Assembly: GCA_018818285.1 (NCBI GenBank)
Contig: JAHIRT010000032.1
Location: forward strand, 1 to 63,152
Origin: Nanobdellota archaeon
GTDB lineage: Archaea > Nanobdellota > Nanobdellia > Pacearchaeales > GW2011-AR1
Length of the DNA stretch: 63,152 bases
Direction of reading: 5' to 3'
Shown: in pieces, positions 34,611-43,990 of the stretch
Layout of the letters: each line of letters opens with the position of its first letter
How positions within the stretch are numbered: the first letter of the stretch is position 1
Notes under the pieces: model-generated
What the model was told of the DNA's origin: nothing
Database searches by the model: none
Seen by the model: the letters and a program-made list of their open reading frames with translations, nothing else
Made by a program: the position numbers and the translations under genes

Positions 34611-35155
34611 ACTGTTTTTTTTTTATTTTCTTCTCTTATTTCTTCTCTTATTTCTTCTCTTATTTCTTCTCTTATTTTAGAACTGCTAAAAAGTTTTGGG
34701 CCTCCAACAAATCTTATTTTCCCCCCATAGTGCTCAACAGCTTCTTTTTCAGGCAACATATCTATTGTATAGTCAGTCCCTTTAGTATGAAGATGTGGTT
34801 TTAGCAATTTAATCAATTCAACAGGAGTTTTATCTTGCAAAGGCACAACAAAATCAACTGCCTCCATTGCTGCCATAATCATCATGCGCTCGCATTCGTT
34901 TCTAGAAGGCTTGTTCCCCTTATTAAGCTGAACAGAGTCATCTGTATTTACTCCAACAATCAAGACATCACCTAATTCCTTAGCAGAATTTAAATAATCC
35001 ACGTGTCCAGAATGCAACAAATCAAAAACCCCATTTCCAAAGACAATTATTTTTCCTTCTCTCCTCAACCTCTCGATTTCTAAAACAAGCTCCTTAGGGG
35101 TGTCATATATTTTTTTCAATACTCTTTTATTTATTCCTAAAAATTCTGTCCTCAT
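34607..35155 (-). CDS. cytidylyl/adenylyltransferase, RfaE domain II (HldC)-like
   Basis: GNGVFDLLHSGHVDYLNSAKELGDVLIVGVNTDDSV...RP...ERMMIMAAMEAVDFVV...KGTDY closely follows the heptose-1-phosphate adenylyltransferase pattern. The C-terminal tail is a REEI repeat. Confidence 0.8.
   Translation of the reverse strand: MRTEFLGINKRVLKKIYDTPKELVLEIERLRREGKIIVFGNGVFDLLHSGHVDYLNSAKELGDVLIVGVNTDDSVQLNKGNKPSRNECERMMIMAAMEAVDFVVPLQDKTPVELIKLLKPHLHTKGTDYTIDMLPEKEAVEHYGGKIRFVGGPKLFSSSKIREEIREEIREEIREENKKKTV
34625..34676. repeat. 12-bp tandem repeat (atttcttctctt, ~4 copies) encoding (REEI)n at the C-terminus of the nucleotidyltransferase
   Basis: Read directly from the sequence. Three perfect copies plus one imperfect copy, in frame. 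Confidence 0.85.
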
Positions 35156-35276
35156 AGAAATTTATATTTTAAAATCTTTTTAAACATTTATATTTGTTAT
35201 TATATACTACAAGAAAAATAATCAACAATTGATTCACTTTATAAAAGTTTAAAAACAATGTGCTGATTTATAGAAT

Positions 35277-36326
35277 ATGCAGAAGATTTTATTTATATGT
35301 TTGTCTGGAGCAGGTGATGTTTTAATGTCAACACCGCTTGTTAGAGAAATTAGACAAAATTATCCTTGTGCAAAAATTGATTTTTTAGTTATGCAGGGCA
35401 AAGTTGCAAGAGATGTTTTAATAAATAATAAAAACATTGATGACGTAATTTTATTTAATTTTATCAGCGAGGGTTATTGGAAATCATTGTTGTTTTGCAA
35501 TGAAATGAGGAAGAAAAATTATGATTTATCTATAACAACTTACCCTCAAGCAAGAGTTCATTATAGTATTGTTTCTTATTTAATTCATGCAAAGAAAAGA
35601 ATTGGTTTTAATTATGATACTCAAAAATTTAAAATTAATAATATTTTTTTCACAGATGCTATAAATGAAGATTTTTCAAAACATGTTATTGAAAATAATT
35701 TGAATGTCTTGGATATTCTTGGTTTAGAGAAAGAATCAAAAAAAATAAAACTTATTTTTGAATTAACAAAAGAGTCAAGGGAATTTGCAGATAAATATTT
35801 TAAGGAAAACAAAATCAATAAGGCAGTTGTGGTTCATCCTGGTTCTGGAACAACTAAAAATTTTATTTTAAAAAGATGGCCTAAAGAAAGATTTGCTGAA
35901 TTATGCAAGAAAATTGTTAAAAAGAAAAAAGTTAAAATAATTCTTGTTGGTGGACCAGATGAAAATGAGCTAAAAAACTGGATTATTAAAAAATCTGAAT
36001 TAGAAGAGAATAAAGAGATATTCAATTTGCATAAACAAGGAATTGAAAGAGAATCAGGAGTTATGAAAAAGAGCAGTCTTGTTATATCAAATGATGGTGT
36101 AATGGCACACTTAGCAGCTGCTATTGGAACAGAAGTTATTGGAATTTTTGGACCAACTCCTTGGGAACAAACAGGGCCTTATACTGATAGGAAAAAAATA
36201 GTATGCAAAAACAAAGGAGTAAGACTCTGGAAACATGGAGAATGGATAAGCAAAGAACAAGCAGAAACCATGAAAAAAATAAAAGTGGGCGATGTTTATC
36301 AGGCTGTTGATGAAATGTTAAAGTGA
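35277..36326 (+). CDS. family 9 glycosyltransferase (heptosyltransferase-like)
   Basis: KILFICLSGAGDVLMSTPLVREIRQNYPCAKIDFLV and the C-terminal VISNDGVMAHLAAAIG are typical of GT9. Confidence 0.8.
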   Translation: MQKILFICLSGAGDVLMSTPLVREIRQNYPCAKIDFLVMQGKVARDVLINNKNIDDVILFNFISEGYWKSLLFCNEMRKKNYDLSITTYPQARVHYSIVSYLIHAKKRIGFNYDTQKFKINNIFFTDAINEDFSKHVIENNLNVLDILGLEKESKKIKLIFELTKESREFADKYFKENKINKAVVVHPGSGTTKNFILKRWPKERFAELCKKIVKKKKVKIILVGGPDENELKNWIIKKSELEENKEIFNLHKQGIERESGVMKKSSLVISNDGVMAHLAAAIGTEVIGIFGPTPWEQTGPYTDRKKIVCKNKGVRLWKHGEWISKEQAETMKKIKVGDVYQAVDEMLK

Positions 36327-36367
36327 GTATAGAAAATATATAAAAACCTTAAATCTTATTCTTTGAT

Positions 36368-37042
36368 ATGAATCTCAATCCACCAAAATTAGATGAAAGA
36401 TATAAAAGAATTTTAGAGTTTATAGAACCAAGAAAAAATGAAAAAATTCTTGTAATAGGAACAGGAGTTTTCCCAAAAATAGAATATTTTTTGTTTTATG
36501 ATTTTGGTTGTAAAAATATATTTAGTGGCGATATTGACAAGAAAAATATTGAAAATGGAAAAAAAGTTCTTCCGGGATTAGAGTTTTTAGAATTAGATGC
36601 ACAAAAAAAATTTCCATTTAAATGCGGGATTTTTGACAAAATAATATTTACAGAAGTTTTAGAACACTTGAAAAATGAGGATTTTGCATTAAAAGGAATT
36701 AAAAGAGTTTTAAAATCAGATGGAGATCTAATTCTAAGTGTTCCTAAAAAAAGATGGTTTAGTATTTTTTCACCAATATATTGGATTCAACATAAAAGAG
36801 AGTATTCTGAAAATTCTATAAAAAAGGTTTTAGAAAAAAATGGATTTAAGATAAATAAAATAATTGTTGGTGGGGGTATTTATGATTTGTTTAATTTATG
36901 GCTGCATTTAATCTACAAATATGTTTTTAAAAAACTCCATGTAGATAATTTTTTCAAAGAGAAAATAGACAAGTCATGGAAAAAAGAATTTAAAGGAAAA
37001 GGAACTGATATTATTATTAAGGCAAATAAAAAACTTGAATAA
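36368..37042 (+). CDS. class I SAM-dependent methyltransferase
   Basis: ILVIGTGVFP motif I, FDKIIFTEVLEHL, DGDLILSVP. Confidence 0.78.
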   Translation: MNLNPPKLDERYKRILEFIEPRKNEKILVIGTGVFPKIEYFLFYDFGCKNIFSGDIDKKNIENGKKVLPGLEFLELDAQKKFPFKCGIFDKIIFTEVLEHLKNEDFALKGIKRVLKSDGDLILSVPKKRWFSIFSPIYWIQHKREYSENSIKKVLEKNGFKINKIIVGGGIYDLFNLWLHLIYKYVFKKLHVDNFFKEKIDKSWKKEFKGKGTDIIIKANKKLE

Positions 37043-37043
37043 A

Positions 37044-38042
37044 ATGAAACCAATAATAAGTGTGATTATTCCAGTGTATAATGAAGAAAATAGAATAAAA
37101 GATTGTCTTGAGAGCATTTATTCGCAGAATTTTGATGCAAACAAAGTAGAAGTGCTGATAGTTGATGATAATTCAAATGACAAAACATTAGAAATAGTTA
37201 AAAAATTTCCTGTTAAGGTTTTCAAGAATGGAAAAAGAGATTATGATGTTGGAAAAGCTATTGGAATAGAAAATGCAAAAGGAAGGTTTCTTCTTTTTAT
37301 TGATGCAGATAATCGGCTTATTGACAAAACATGGATAACAAGAGCTGTTAATATTCTGGAAAAAGATAATGATATTTTGGGGGTTCAGTCTTGGAAGCTT
37401 TTTTATTCGCCAAAGCATAATCTTGCAACAAGATATCAGGACTTATTTGGAAATACAGACCCTGCTGTTTTTTATCTTAAAAATCAAGACCACTTGCAAG
37501 CTTATGAAAACAAGTGGGAATTGAATGGAGAAATAACTGAAGATAAAAAAGAGTATGTTATTGTAAAATTCAGGGCAAATGAGATTCCAACTATTGGCTC
37601 TCAGGGATTTTTAACAAGAAAAATTTATTTTGAAAAACAAAAAATATTCCAGCATATTGAATTTTTTATAGGTTTGATTGAAAAACAAAAAGATAAAACA
37701 GGAAAAGTTTGTTTTTTAAAAAATGAAGTAGAACATTTGGCATTTAGCAATGTTGGAGATATAACAAAAAAGTTTAAAAGAAATATTGAACATTATTTAA
37801 ACGATGAGAAAAAAGGAAAACAAAAAAGATATTCTTTGAATTTTTTAAAAGTGGTTCTTGCTTTTTTTGTTATGATCACATTAATTGTTCCAATTTATGA
37901 TTCTTTTAAAGGATATTTAAGGAAAAGGGATAATGCATGGTTTTTGCATATTTATTTGAGTTTTATTGTGGCTTGGGTTTATGGATGGAGGATTTTTATT
38001 GAAAAACTCTCACAGCCATTTCTTTCCAAAAATCCCTCTTAA
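37044..38042 (+). CDS. family 2 glycosyltransferase with C-terminal TM segments
   Basis: ISVIIPVYNEENRI, VDDNSND, IDADN. The start is moved from the TTG at 37035 to the ATG at 37044. Confidence 0.85.
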   Translation: MKPIISVIIPVYNEENRIKDCLESIYSQNFDANKVEVLIVDDNSNDKTLEIVKKFPVKVFKNGKRDYDVGKAIGIENAKGRFLLFIDADNRLIDKTWITRAVNILEKDNDILGVQSWKLFYSPKHNLATRYQDLFGNTDPAVFYLKNQDHLQAYENKWELNGEITEDKKEYVIVKFRANEIPTIGSQGFLTRKIYFEKQKIFQHIEFFIGLIEKQKDKTGKVCFLKNEVEHLAFSNVGDITKKFKRNIEHYLNDEKKGKQKRYSLNFLKVVLAFFVMITLIVPIYDSFKGYLRKRDNAWFLHIYLSFIVAWVYGWRIFIEKLSQPFLSKNPS

Positions 38043-39059
38043 AAACTTAGGAATTTTGAAAAAATTATTTGAAGCAAGCTTGTAAGTGTTGCATTTTTTG
38101 CAATTTGGAAGTTTTGAATAATTATTTTTTTTCATATCCTCAACAATACTAAGTCTTTTACTGTTTTTTGAAAATTGCTTGTATAAATCAGTTGTTAAAA
38201 TATTCCCTAAATACAGGGAAGGAATTTTTTCTTTTCCTGAATAAAAACAAGGGTCACAGGGATAAATATCTCCATTTATTTTTATTGCAATTCTCCATAA
38301 AGGCTGAGTGCAAGGATAGCTTTGTGATTGTTTTAATTTATTGCCCTGAAAATAAAAACCTGCTTGATTTGCTATTGAATGGACAAAACATTTATCATTA
38401 TATTTCATTAGTTTTAACCAGTTTTTTATATCTTGTTTAAAGAAATTTGGATTATTTTTGTAATCTAGATATTGGATATAAATTCTTGGAATTTTTTTAT
38501 TTGATTGATTTCTTATTTTAATCAATTCTTTAATATTCTCAATAACTTTTTCATAAACATTAACTCCAATAATTTTTTCATAATCTTTTGGATTGTTTGC
38601 ATTAAGACTTATGATTATTTCATCAACCCCTAAAGAAACAAGTTTTTTAGAAGTTTCTTTATTTAAAAGAATTCCATTTGTTACAAGAACAATTTCTATT
38701 TTTTTTGAGATATTTTTTATTTTTTTAAATAAATCAAACAAACCAATAAACAATAAGGGTTCTCCTAATCCCATTGGAGAAAAATATAATCTTTTTCCAT
38801 TTTCATGAAATTTTTTCATTTCTTGCAGAATTTTATTAATTATCTCTTTATCCATATCACCAATATAAAGATTTTTATTTTTAATTAAAGACTTTCTTGT
38901 GCACATATTGCATATAGCATTGCATTTTGTTGTTAATTCGCAAGAAAAGTTTATTTTGTGATTTTTTAGTTTTAATCTTTCTAAAACCCTATATGGAAGA
39001 GAATGCATTATTCTTTTTTTTAGATTAGGGGATAAAAATTTGCGGATTCTTTTTAACAT
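38010..39059 (-). CDS. radical SAM protein with SPASM/twitch-like Cys-rich C-terminus
   Basis: CNAICNMC cluster, GLGEP, C-terminal CTQP...GDIYPCDPC...CKKC. Confidence 0.8.
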   Translation of the reverse strand: MLKRIRKFLSPNLKKRIMHSLPYRVLERLKLKNHKINFSCELTTKCNAICNMCTRKSLIKNKNLYIGDMDKEIINKILQEMKKFHENGKRLYFSPMGLGEPLLFIGLFDLFKKIKNISKKIEIVLVTNGILLNKETSKKLVSLGVDEIIISLNANNPKDYEKIIGVNVYEKVIENIKELIKIRNQSNKKIPRIYIQYLDYKNNPNFFKQDIKNWLKLMKYNDKCFVHSIANQAGFYFQGNKLKQSQSYPCTQPLWRIAIKINGDIYPCDPCFYSGKEKIPSLYLGNILTTDLYKQFSKNSKRLSIVEDMKKNNYSKLPNCKKCNTYKLASNNFFKIPKFLRGIFGKKWL

Positions 39060-39060
39060 T

Positions 39061-40158
39061 TTAAGAAAAACCGGTTATTTTTTTTATAAATCTTCTCAAC
39101 AAAGAGTCTTTTAAATAAGGTGCGGCAACAGGGCAGACTTCTGCACAGCACAAACAACCTATGCATTTTTTGTGATTGCATTCTGGGAAGGGATTTAAGT
39201 TTATTGCTTTTGTTGGGCATTTTTTAGCACAAAGTCCGCATTTTATGCATTTTTCATAATCAAAATTTATTTTTGGTTTTCCGAGTAGATTCAAAAAAGC
39301 TCTTGTCAAGCTATTTGAAAAAGTGTCTGGTTTTTTGTAATTTTTCTTAAAATTTTTTTCTCCTATAATTTCAATTTCTTTGTTAAAAAGATTTCTTTTT
39401 TTTGCTCTCTTTAAAAAAGGAATTTGGTTTTCCTTGAATCCTATTGTTTTTGCAGCAACAATATCTGCTGCTATTGGGTCTTTTGAAGAGATTATGATTC
39501 CTGTTTTTATTGGACTTCCTGAAGTTCCTGGCCCATTTCCTTCTAAACCAATTACTCCATCAATGATATTTAATTCTGGCTTTATTTTTTCATTAATATC
39601 AAGCAATAAATCAGAAAAATCCTTTAATTTTGTAAATATTTTATGAAAAGATGATTTTGATTCTCCGATTATAAATCCATATTGGTTTTTTACACAACAA
39701 GTTAACTTTGTCAGACTATGAGTTTTTAATTTAGCAACATTAATTATCAAATCAACATCAAATAAAATTTTTGGAAGCATTAGTTTTTTTAATTTGTTGG
39801 GAATTTCAATTTGCACTTTTTTTGTTTTTTCCAAATTAAGTATTTTAGCATAATTCCTGCAGGCTTTTTCTATTCCAGAAACCTTAAAGGCCTTATCAGT
39901 GTTATAAGCTGAGCTTTCTGCAATAATTATTTTAGAATTATAATTTTTCAGAATTTTACAAAGCTCTTTTAATAGTGTGGGGTTTGTTGTTATATGGGCA
40001 GATGGCTTGGCAGGCATAAGAATATTTGGCTTTATGAGAATTTTTAATCCTTGCTTGAAATCAAACTCTAAATTTTTAAAAGACTGCTTCAATGCTTTTT
40101 TTATTTCTCTTGGTTTGTAAGAATTACATTTTACAACACTAACAATCTCTTTTTTCAT
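39061..40158 (-). CDS. DUF362-domain protein with C-terminal 2x[4Fe-4S] ferredoxin motifs
   Basis: The N-terminus has a DUF362-like layout (ILIKPNILMP...HSLT...GLEGNGP). The C-terminus has CIKCGLCAKKCP and CIGCLCCAEVCP. Confidence 0.75.
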   Translation of the reverse strand: MKKEIVSVVKCNSYKPREIKKALKQSFKNLEFDFKQGLKILIKPNILMPAKPSAHITTNPTLLKELCKILKNYNSKIIIAESSAYNTDKAFKVSGIEKACRNYAKILNLEKTKKVQIEIPNKLKKLMLPKILFDVDLIINVAKLKTHSLTKLTCCVKNQYGFIIGESKSSFHKIFTKLKDFSDLLLDINEKIKPELNIIDGVIGLEGNGPGTSGSPIKTGIIISSKDPIAADIVAAKTIGFKENQIPFLKRAKKRNLFNKEIEIIGEKNFKKNYKKPDTFSNSLTRAFLNLLGKPKINFDYEKCIKCGLCAKKCPTKAINLNPFPECNHKKCIGCLCCAEVCPVAAPYLKDSLLRRFIKKITGFS

Positions 40159-40175
40159 ATTATTATAGAAGAACT

Positions 40176-41357
40176 TTAATTTTTAAAAGTTTGTTTATAA
40201 ATTTGCCCTGCCCTCTTATTCCAATCCCAGGTTTTTGCAAGTTCATAAGCGTCTTTACTAAGTTTATTATATAATTTTTTATCCTTTAATAACAAAAGAA
40301 TATTTCTTGCAAATTGATTTTGGTTTCCAATTTCTGTTTTTAGCATGCCTTTTGGATAATATGTTTTTAATGCCTCTAAATCATAAGAAACTCCGGGGAT
40401 TTTACAGATCATTGCTTCGCATGCTGCCATTCCTCCACTGTCATATTGAGCAGGATGAAGAACAATTTTTGAATCTTTGAAAATTTTTATTTTTTCTATG
40501 CCATCTTTAAAGCCAAATAAAATTATATTTTTTTCTAAATTCTTTTGTTTTATTTTTCTTTTAACTTCTTCTTCCAATGGACCGTTTCCAATCATTGCTA
40601 ATTTTGCTCCTTTTTTGAACTTTAAAACTTTTTCCCATATATCAACTAATTCCAAAACTCCCTTTTCTCTGTGAAATCTTCCTAAAAAAACAGCATCAAA
40701 TTTTTTTATTTTTTTATTCTTAACCTTATCAGGAGTCTTAATATCAATTCCGCCCTTTATAATTAGGACCTTATTTTCTGGACGTGATTTTTTTATGAAT
40801 TGATTTTTGTCAGGAAGGCTTGTTACATAAACAATATCTGCAAATTTATTAATTAAAAATTTAGATGCTTTATCCTGAATATAAAAAAGAATATCTGGAA
40901 GTTTTGGAATTCTTAATTTTGATTTTGATTCATCATAGCCAAAAAAAGGATTTGGGGGAGCAAGATAGTAGCCTCCAATCCATTTTATTTTTTTATTTAA
41001 TATCTTCAGCAAAAATGAGGGGAATGCGTCTGAAATAAAATTTGATGTTGAGTAGATTAAAGAATTTTTAGGAAGTTTTTGATTAAATGAAAGTTTAATG
41101 CCTGAAAAAAGTCTTTTTAAAAATAAAACTGCAGGAGAATCTTTTTTATTGAAGTGTTTTCCTATAACAATATATCTTAAGTCATTTAAACCATATTTTT
41201 TGCATAATTCTTCACCTTCTTTAGAAGTAATCATTATTATATTGTCTTTTTCTTTCCATATTTTTGCGATTTCTATAAATATTCTATCTCCACCACTCAT
41301 TGTATCACTTCTGTGGATACATGATGCGTAGAAAAATAAATTTTTTTTATCTTGCAT
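40176..41357 (-). CDS. family 4 (GT-B) glycosyltransferase
   Basis: FLGRFHREKG...IGNGP...PAQYDSGGMAACEAM (the E..E-type GT4 C-terminal domain). Confidence 0.82.
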   Translation of the reverse strand: MQDKKNLFFYASCIHRSDTMSGGDRIFIEIAKIWKEKDNIIMITSKEGEELCKKYGLNDLRYIVIGKHFNKKDSPAVLFLKRLFSGIKLSFNQKLPKNSLIYSTSNFISDAFPSFLLKILNKKIKWIGGYYLAPPNPFFGYDESKSKLRIPKLPDILFYIQDKASKFLINKFADIVYVTSLPDKNQFIKKSRPENKVLIIKGGIDIKTPDKVKNKKIKKFDAVFLGRFHREKGVLELVDIWEKVLKFKKGAKLAMIGNGPLEEEVKRKIKQKNLEKNIILFGFKDGIEKIKIFKDSKIVLHPAQYDSGGMAACEAMICKIPGVSYDLEALKTYYPKGMLKTEIGNQNQFARNILLLLKDKKLYNKLSKDAYELAKTWDWNKRAGQIYKQTFKN

Positions 41358-41361
41358 TTTA

Positions 41362-42909
41362 CTAATAATAACCTGGATTTATCTTAAATAATGTTGTAAA
41401 AGGAATTTTTTGATTTGGATCTATATAAGGACCATAAGTTTGAACTGGCTGGAAAATCTCTGGATTAGAAAAAACAAACTGAATTGGTCTTTGATCATTG
41501 CCTAATGAGAGGAAAAAAGAAATCAAGAAATATTTTGGTTTGTATTTTTTTAATTCTGACATGATTTCCTCGCTGTTATTATATCCAAGATTAATATATT
41601 TTCTTTGAGCATAATAAGTAACCTCGGCTTGTTCCTCTATTAAAAAAATTATATCTTCTGAATTTGTATTCTGATTAATAAATTCTCCGGCTAATTTTAA
41701 TTGAATGAAGGAATCTTTTTTTAAGTTTATTGCTTCTCTTGTATAAGATAAATTTTGATAAGCTCCAAAAAGCAAAATTATTGTTATTAAAATTATTGAA
41801 ATGTATTTATTGTACTGGCTAATAAGGAGATATAAAAAATTCAGTCCAATTGCAGAAATTAAAAAGATTGCGGGATAAAAAATGAAGAAATATCTTAAAT
41901 CCATACCCATTTGATATGTTACTCCAAGTTTTACAAAAAATAATACAGGAATACTAAGCCATAAAAAAAGAAAATAATATTTATTATTCAAACTTTTTTT
42001 TCTAAATAATTTTAAACTTACAAGATTAAAAAAAACTAAGATTGCTCCAAAAATAAAAACTGATGAGAATGTTGGGTATAGAGTTTTAATAGAATTTTGA
42101 ACAACATCATGCAAGGAAAGATATGACATAGAGTATTCATTAGTTAATGTTGAGGATTTTGAAAATTGCAATGGACTGCCATAAAGAAAATACTGGTAGA
42201 AAAAAAGCGGAATCAGCATCAAAAAAGCTACAAGAAAAAACAAGATTATTTTTTTGTCTTTAAATATTTTAAATTTCTCTGTTGTTATGAGATATATACT
42301 AATTGCAAAAACAAGGATTGAAGACACTGGTTTCATTAAAAAAGCTAAACCAAGCAAAATTCCTGGCAAAATAAAATATTTTTCAGATTTATCTTTAAAA
42401 TAAGCACTAAAGAAAAAATATATTGTAGCAAGCCATAAAGTCATTACAGGAATATCTGCTAATATTCTATGAGAGTAAAAGGATACTGACCAGAAAACTG
42501 CAAGCATAAAAGAAGACATCAAAGCAATTCTTTTGTTAAAAAATAGTTTTCCAATTCCGTAGAGCAATGGAACTGAGACAATAGAACAAAACAAAATAAA
42601 TAATCTAACAAAAACTTCTTCTAATTCAGAGATTGTAAAAATAGAAATCAGGGAGATTACAGCAGGAAGCAGTATTGGCCTGACAACATCATCCTGCAAA
42701 TTCCAGTAACCTGCTCCAAGCCATGTTCTTGCTATGTTCATGTAATCTGCTTCATCCCACCATAGTGGCTGATTTCCAAGTTTGAAAAACCAGTATAATC
42801 TAAATATGATTAAAAATAAGATAATTAATAAAAATAAAAGCTTATAAATATTCAAAGATTGGAATGTCTTAAAAATTTGCTGGGTTGAGATGGTTTCTTT
42901 TTTCTCCAT
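41362..42909 (-). CDS. ArnT/PMT-like GT-C membrane glycosyltransferase
   Basis: More than 10 TM helices and a first-loop motif PLWWDEADYMNIAR (DE/D acidic motif of the GT39/GT83 type). Confidence 0.75.
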   Translation of the reverse strand: MEKKETISTQQIFKTFQSLNIYKLLFLLIILFLIIFRLYWFFKLGNQPLWWDEADYMNIARTWLGAGYWNLQDDVVRPILLPAVISLISIFTISELEEVFVRLFILFCSIVSVPLLYGIGKLFFNKRIALMSSFMLAVFWSVSFYSHRILADIPVMTLWLATIYFFFSAYFKDKSEKYFILPGILLGLAFLMKPVSSILVFAISIYLITTEKFKIFKDKKIILFFLVAFLMLIPLFFYQYFLYGSPLQFSKSSTLTNEYSMSYLSLHDVVQNSIKTLYPTFSSVFIFGAILVFFNLVSLKLFRKKSLNNKYYFLFLWLSIPVLFFVKLGVTYQMGMDLRYFFIFYPAIFLISAIGLNFLYLLISQYNKYISIILITIILLFGAYQNLSYTREAINLKKDSFIQLKLAGEFINQNTNSEDIIFLIEEQAEVTYYAQRKYINLGYNNSEEIMSELKKYKPKYFLISFFLSLGNDQRPIQFVFSNPEIFQPVQTYGPYIDPNQKIPFTTLFKINPGYY

Positions 42910-42996
42910 CTTATTTTTTATTGAATGGAGTATTTATTTCTTTTTATTATCTATTATTTGAGATATGTTTTTAAATCAAAATCCCAAATAACAATT

Positions 42997-43980
42997 ATGA
43001 AATGTACTGTATGCAAATCTAATGGTGTAAAATTAATATGCAAAAGCCATCCGGGATATATTGAAGGAACGAAATTTGACATATTTCAGTGTAATAAGTG
43101 CGACACTCATTTTATTCCTTTAAAAAAAATATATGAAAAAATATATGAAAAAATTTATTCAAATAAAAAAATGCCCTCATATAGGAGATATTATAAATAC
43201 AGCAAAGAGATAAAAAAACAAAAAAATCCTTTAAGGTTTTTGTCTGATACAGAATCAAGTTATTTTCCAGTTTATAATTTTTTGAAAGATAAATCATGTC
43301 TGGATATTCTTGAAATTGGATGTGGATATGGATACTTAACATATGCTTTAAATTTTTCTGGGCATAAAGCAACTGGTGTCGACGTATCAAAAAATGCAAT
43401 AAAATCTGCATTAAAAAATTTTGGAGATTTTTACAAAAATTCAGATATTAATTCTTTTAAAAGAAAAAACAGCAAGAAGTTTGATTTAATAATAGCCACA
43501 GAGCTTATTGAGCATCTGCATAATCCTACTAAGTTTATTGGAGATTGCTTAAAACTCCTTAAAAAAAATGGAAAAATAATAATAACTACACCTAATAAAG
43601 ATTACATGAGAAAAAAATCTTTTTGGCAAACAGATTTGCCCCCAGTTCATGTTTTTTGGTTGAGCCATGAGAGTTTTAAAAAACTTTCAAAGAAGCATAA
43701 TTTAAAGTTAGAATTTTTTGATTTTAAAAATTACTTTCCCAATAATTGGAATAATTTGATAAACTTCTTTATAAGCAGAAATGAAAAAATTATCTCTCCT
43801 GTTTTAATGAAAAATGAAAAAATAAATCCAAAGATAATAAAAAATAATTCTTTGTTAATTCAAAAGGTGTTGAAATTTCTGCTAATTGACGTTATATTAA
43901 TCAGAAATCTTTCTAATTTTATTCATAACAAGTTTATTAATGAGTATCCCACCTTGGGGGTGGTTTTACAAAGGTTTTAA
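42997..43980 (+). CDS. class I SAM-dependent methyltransferase with N-terminal zinc ribbon
   Basis: MKCTVCKS...CNKCDTHF, then ILEIGCGYGYLT motif I and LIEHLHNP. The start is set at 42997. Confidence 0.75.
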   Translation: MKCTVCKSNGVKLICKSHPGYIEGTKFDIFQCNKCDTHFIPLKKIYEKIYEKIYSNKKMPSYRRYYKYSKEIKKQKNPLRFLSDTESSYFPVYNFLKDKSCLDILEIGCGYGYLTYALNFSGHKATGVDVSKNAIKSALKNFGDFYKNSDINSFKRKNSKKFDLIIATELIEHLHNPTKFIGDCLKLLKKNGKIIITTPNKDYMRKKSFWQTDLPPVHVFWLSHESFKKLSKKHNLKLEFFDFKNYFPNNWNNLINFFISRNEKIISPVLMKNEKINPKIIKNNSLLIQKVLKFLLIDVILIRNLSNFIHNKFINEYPTLGVVLQRF

Positions 43981-43990
43981 TTATTTTAAT

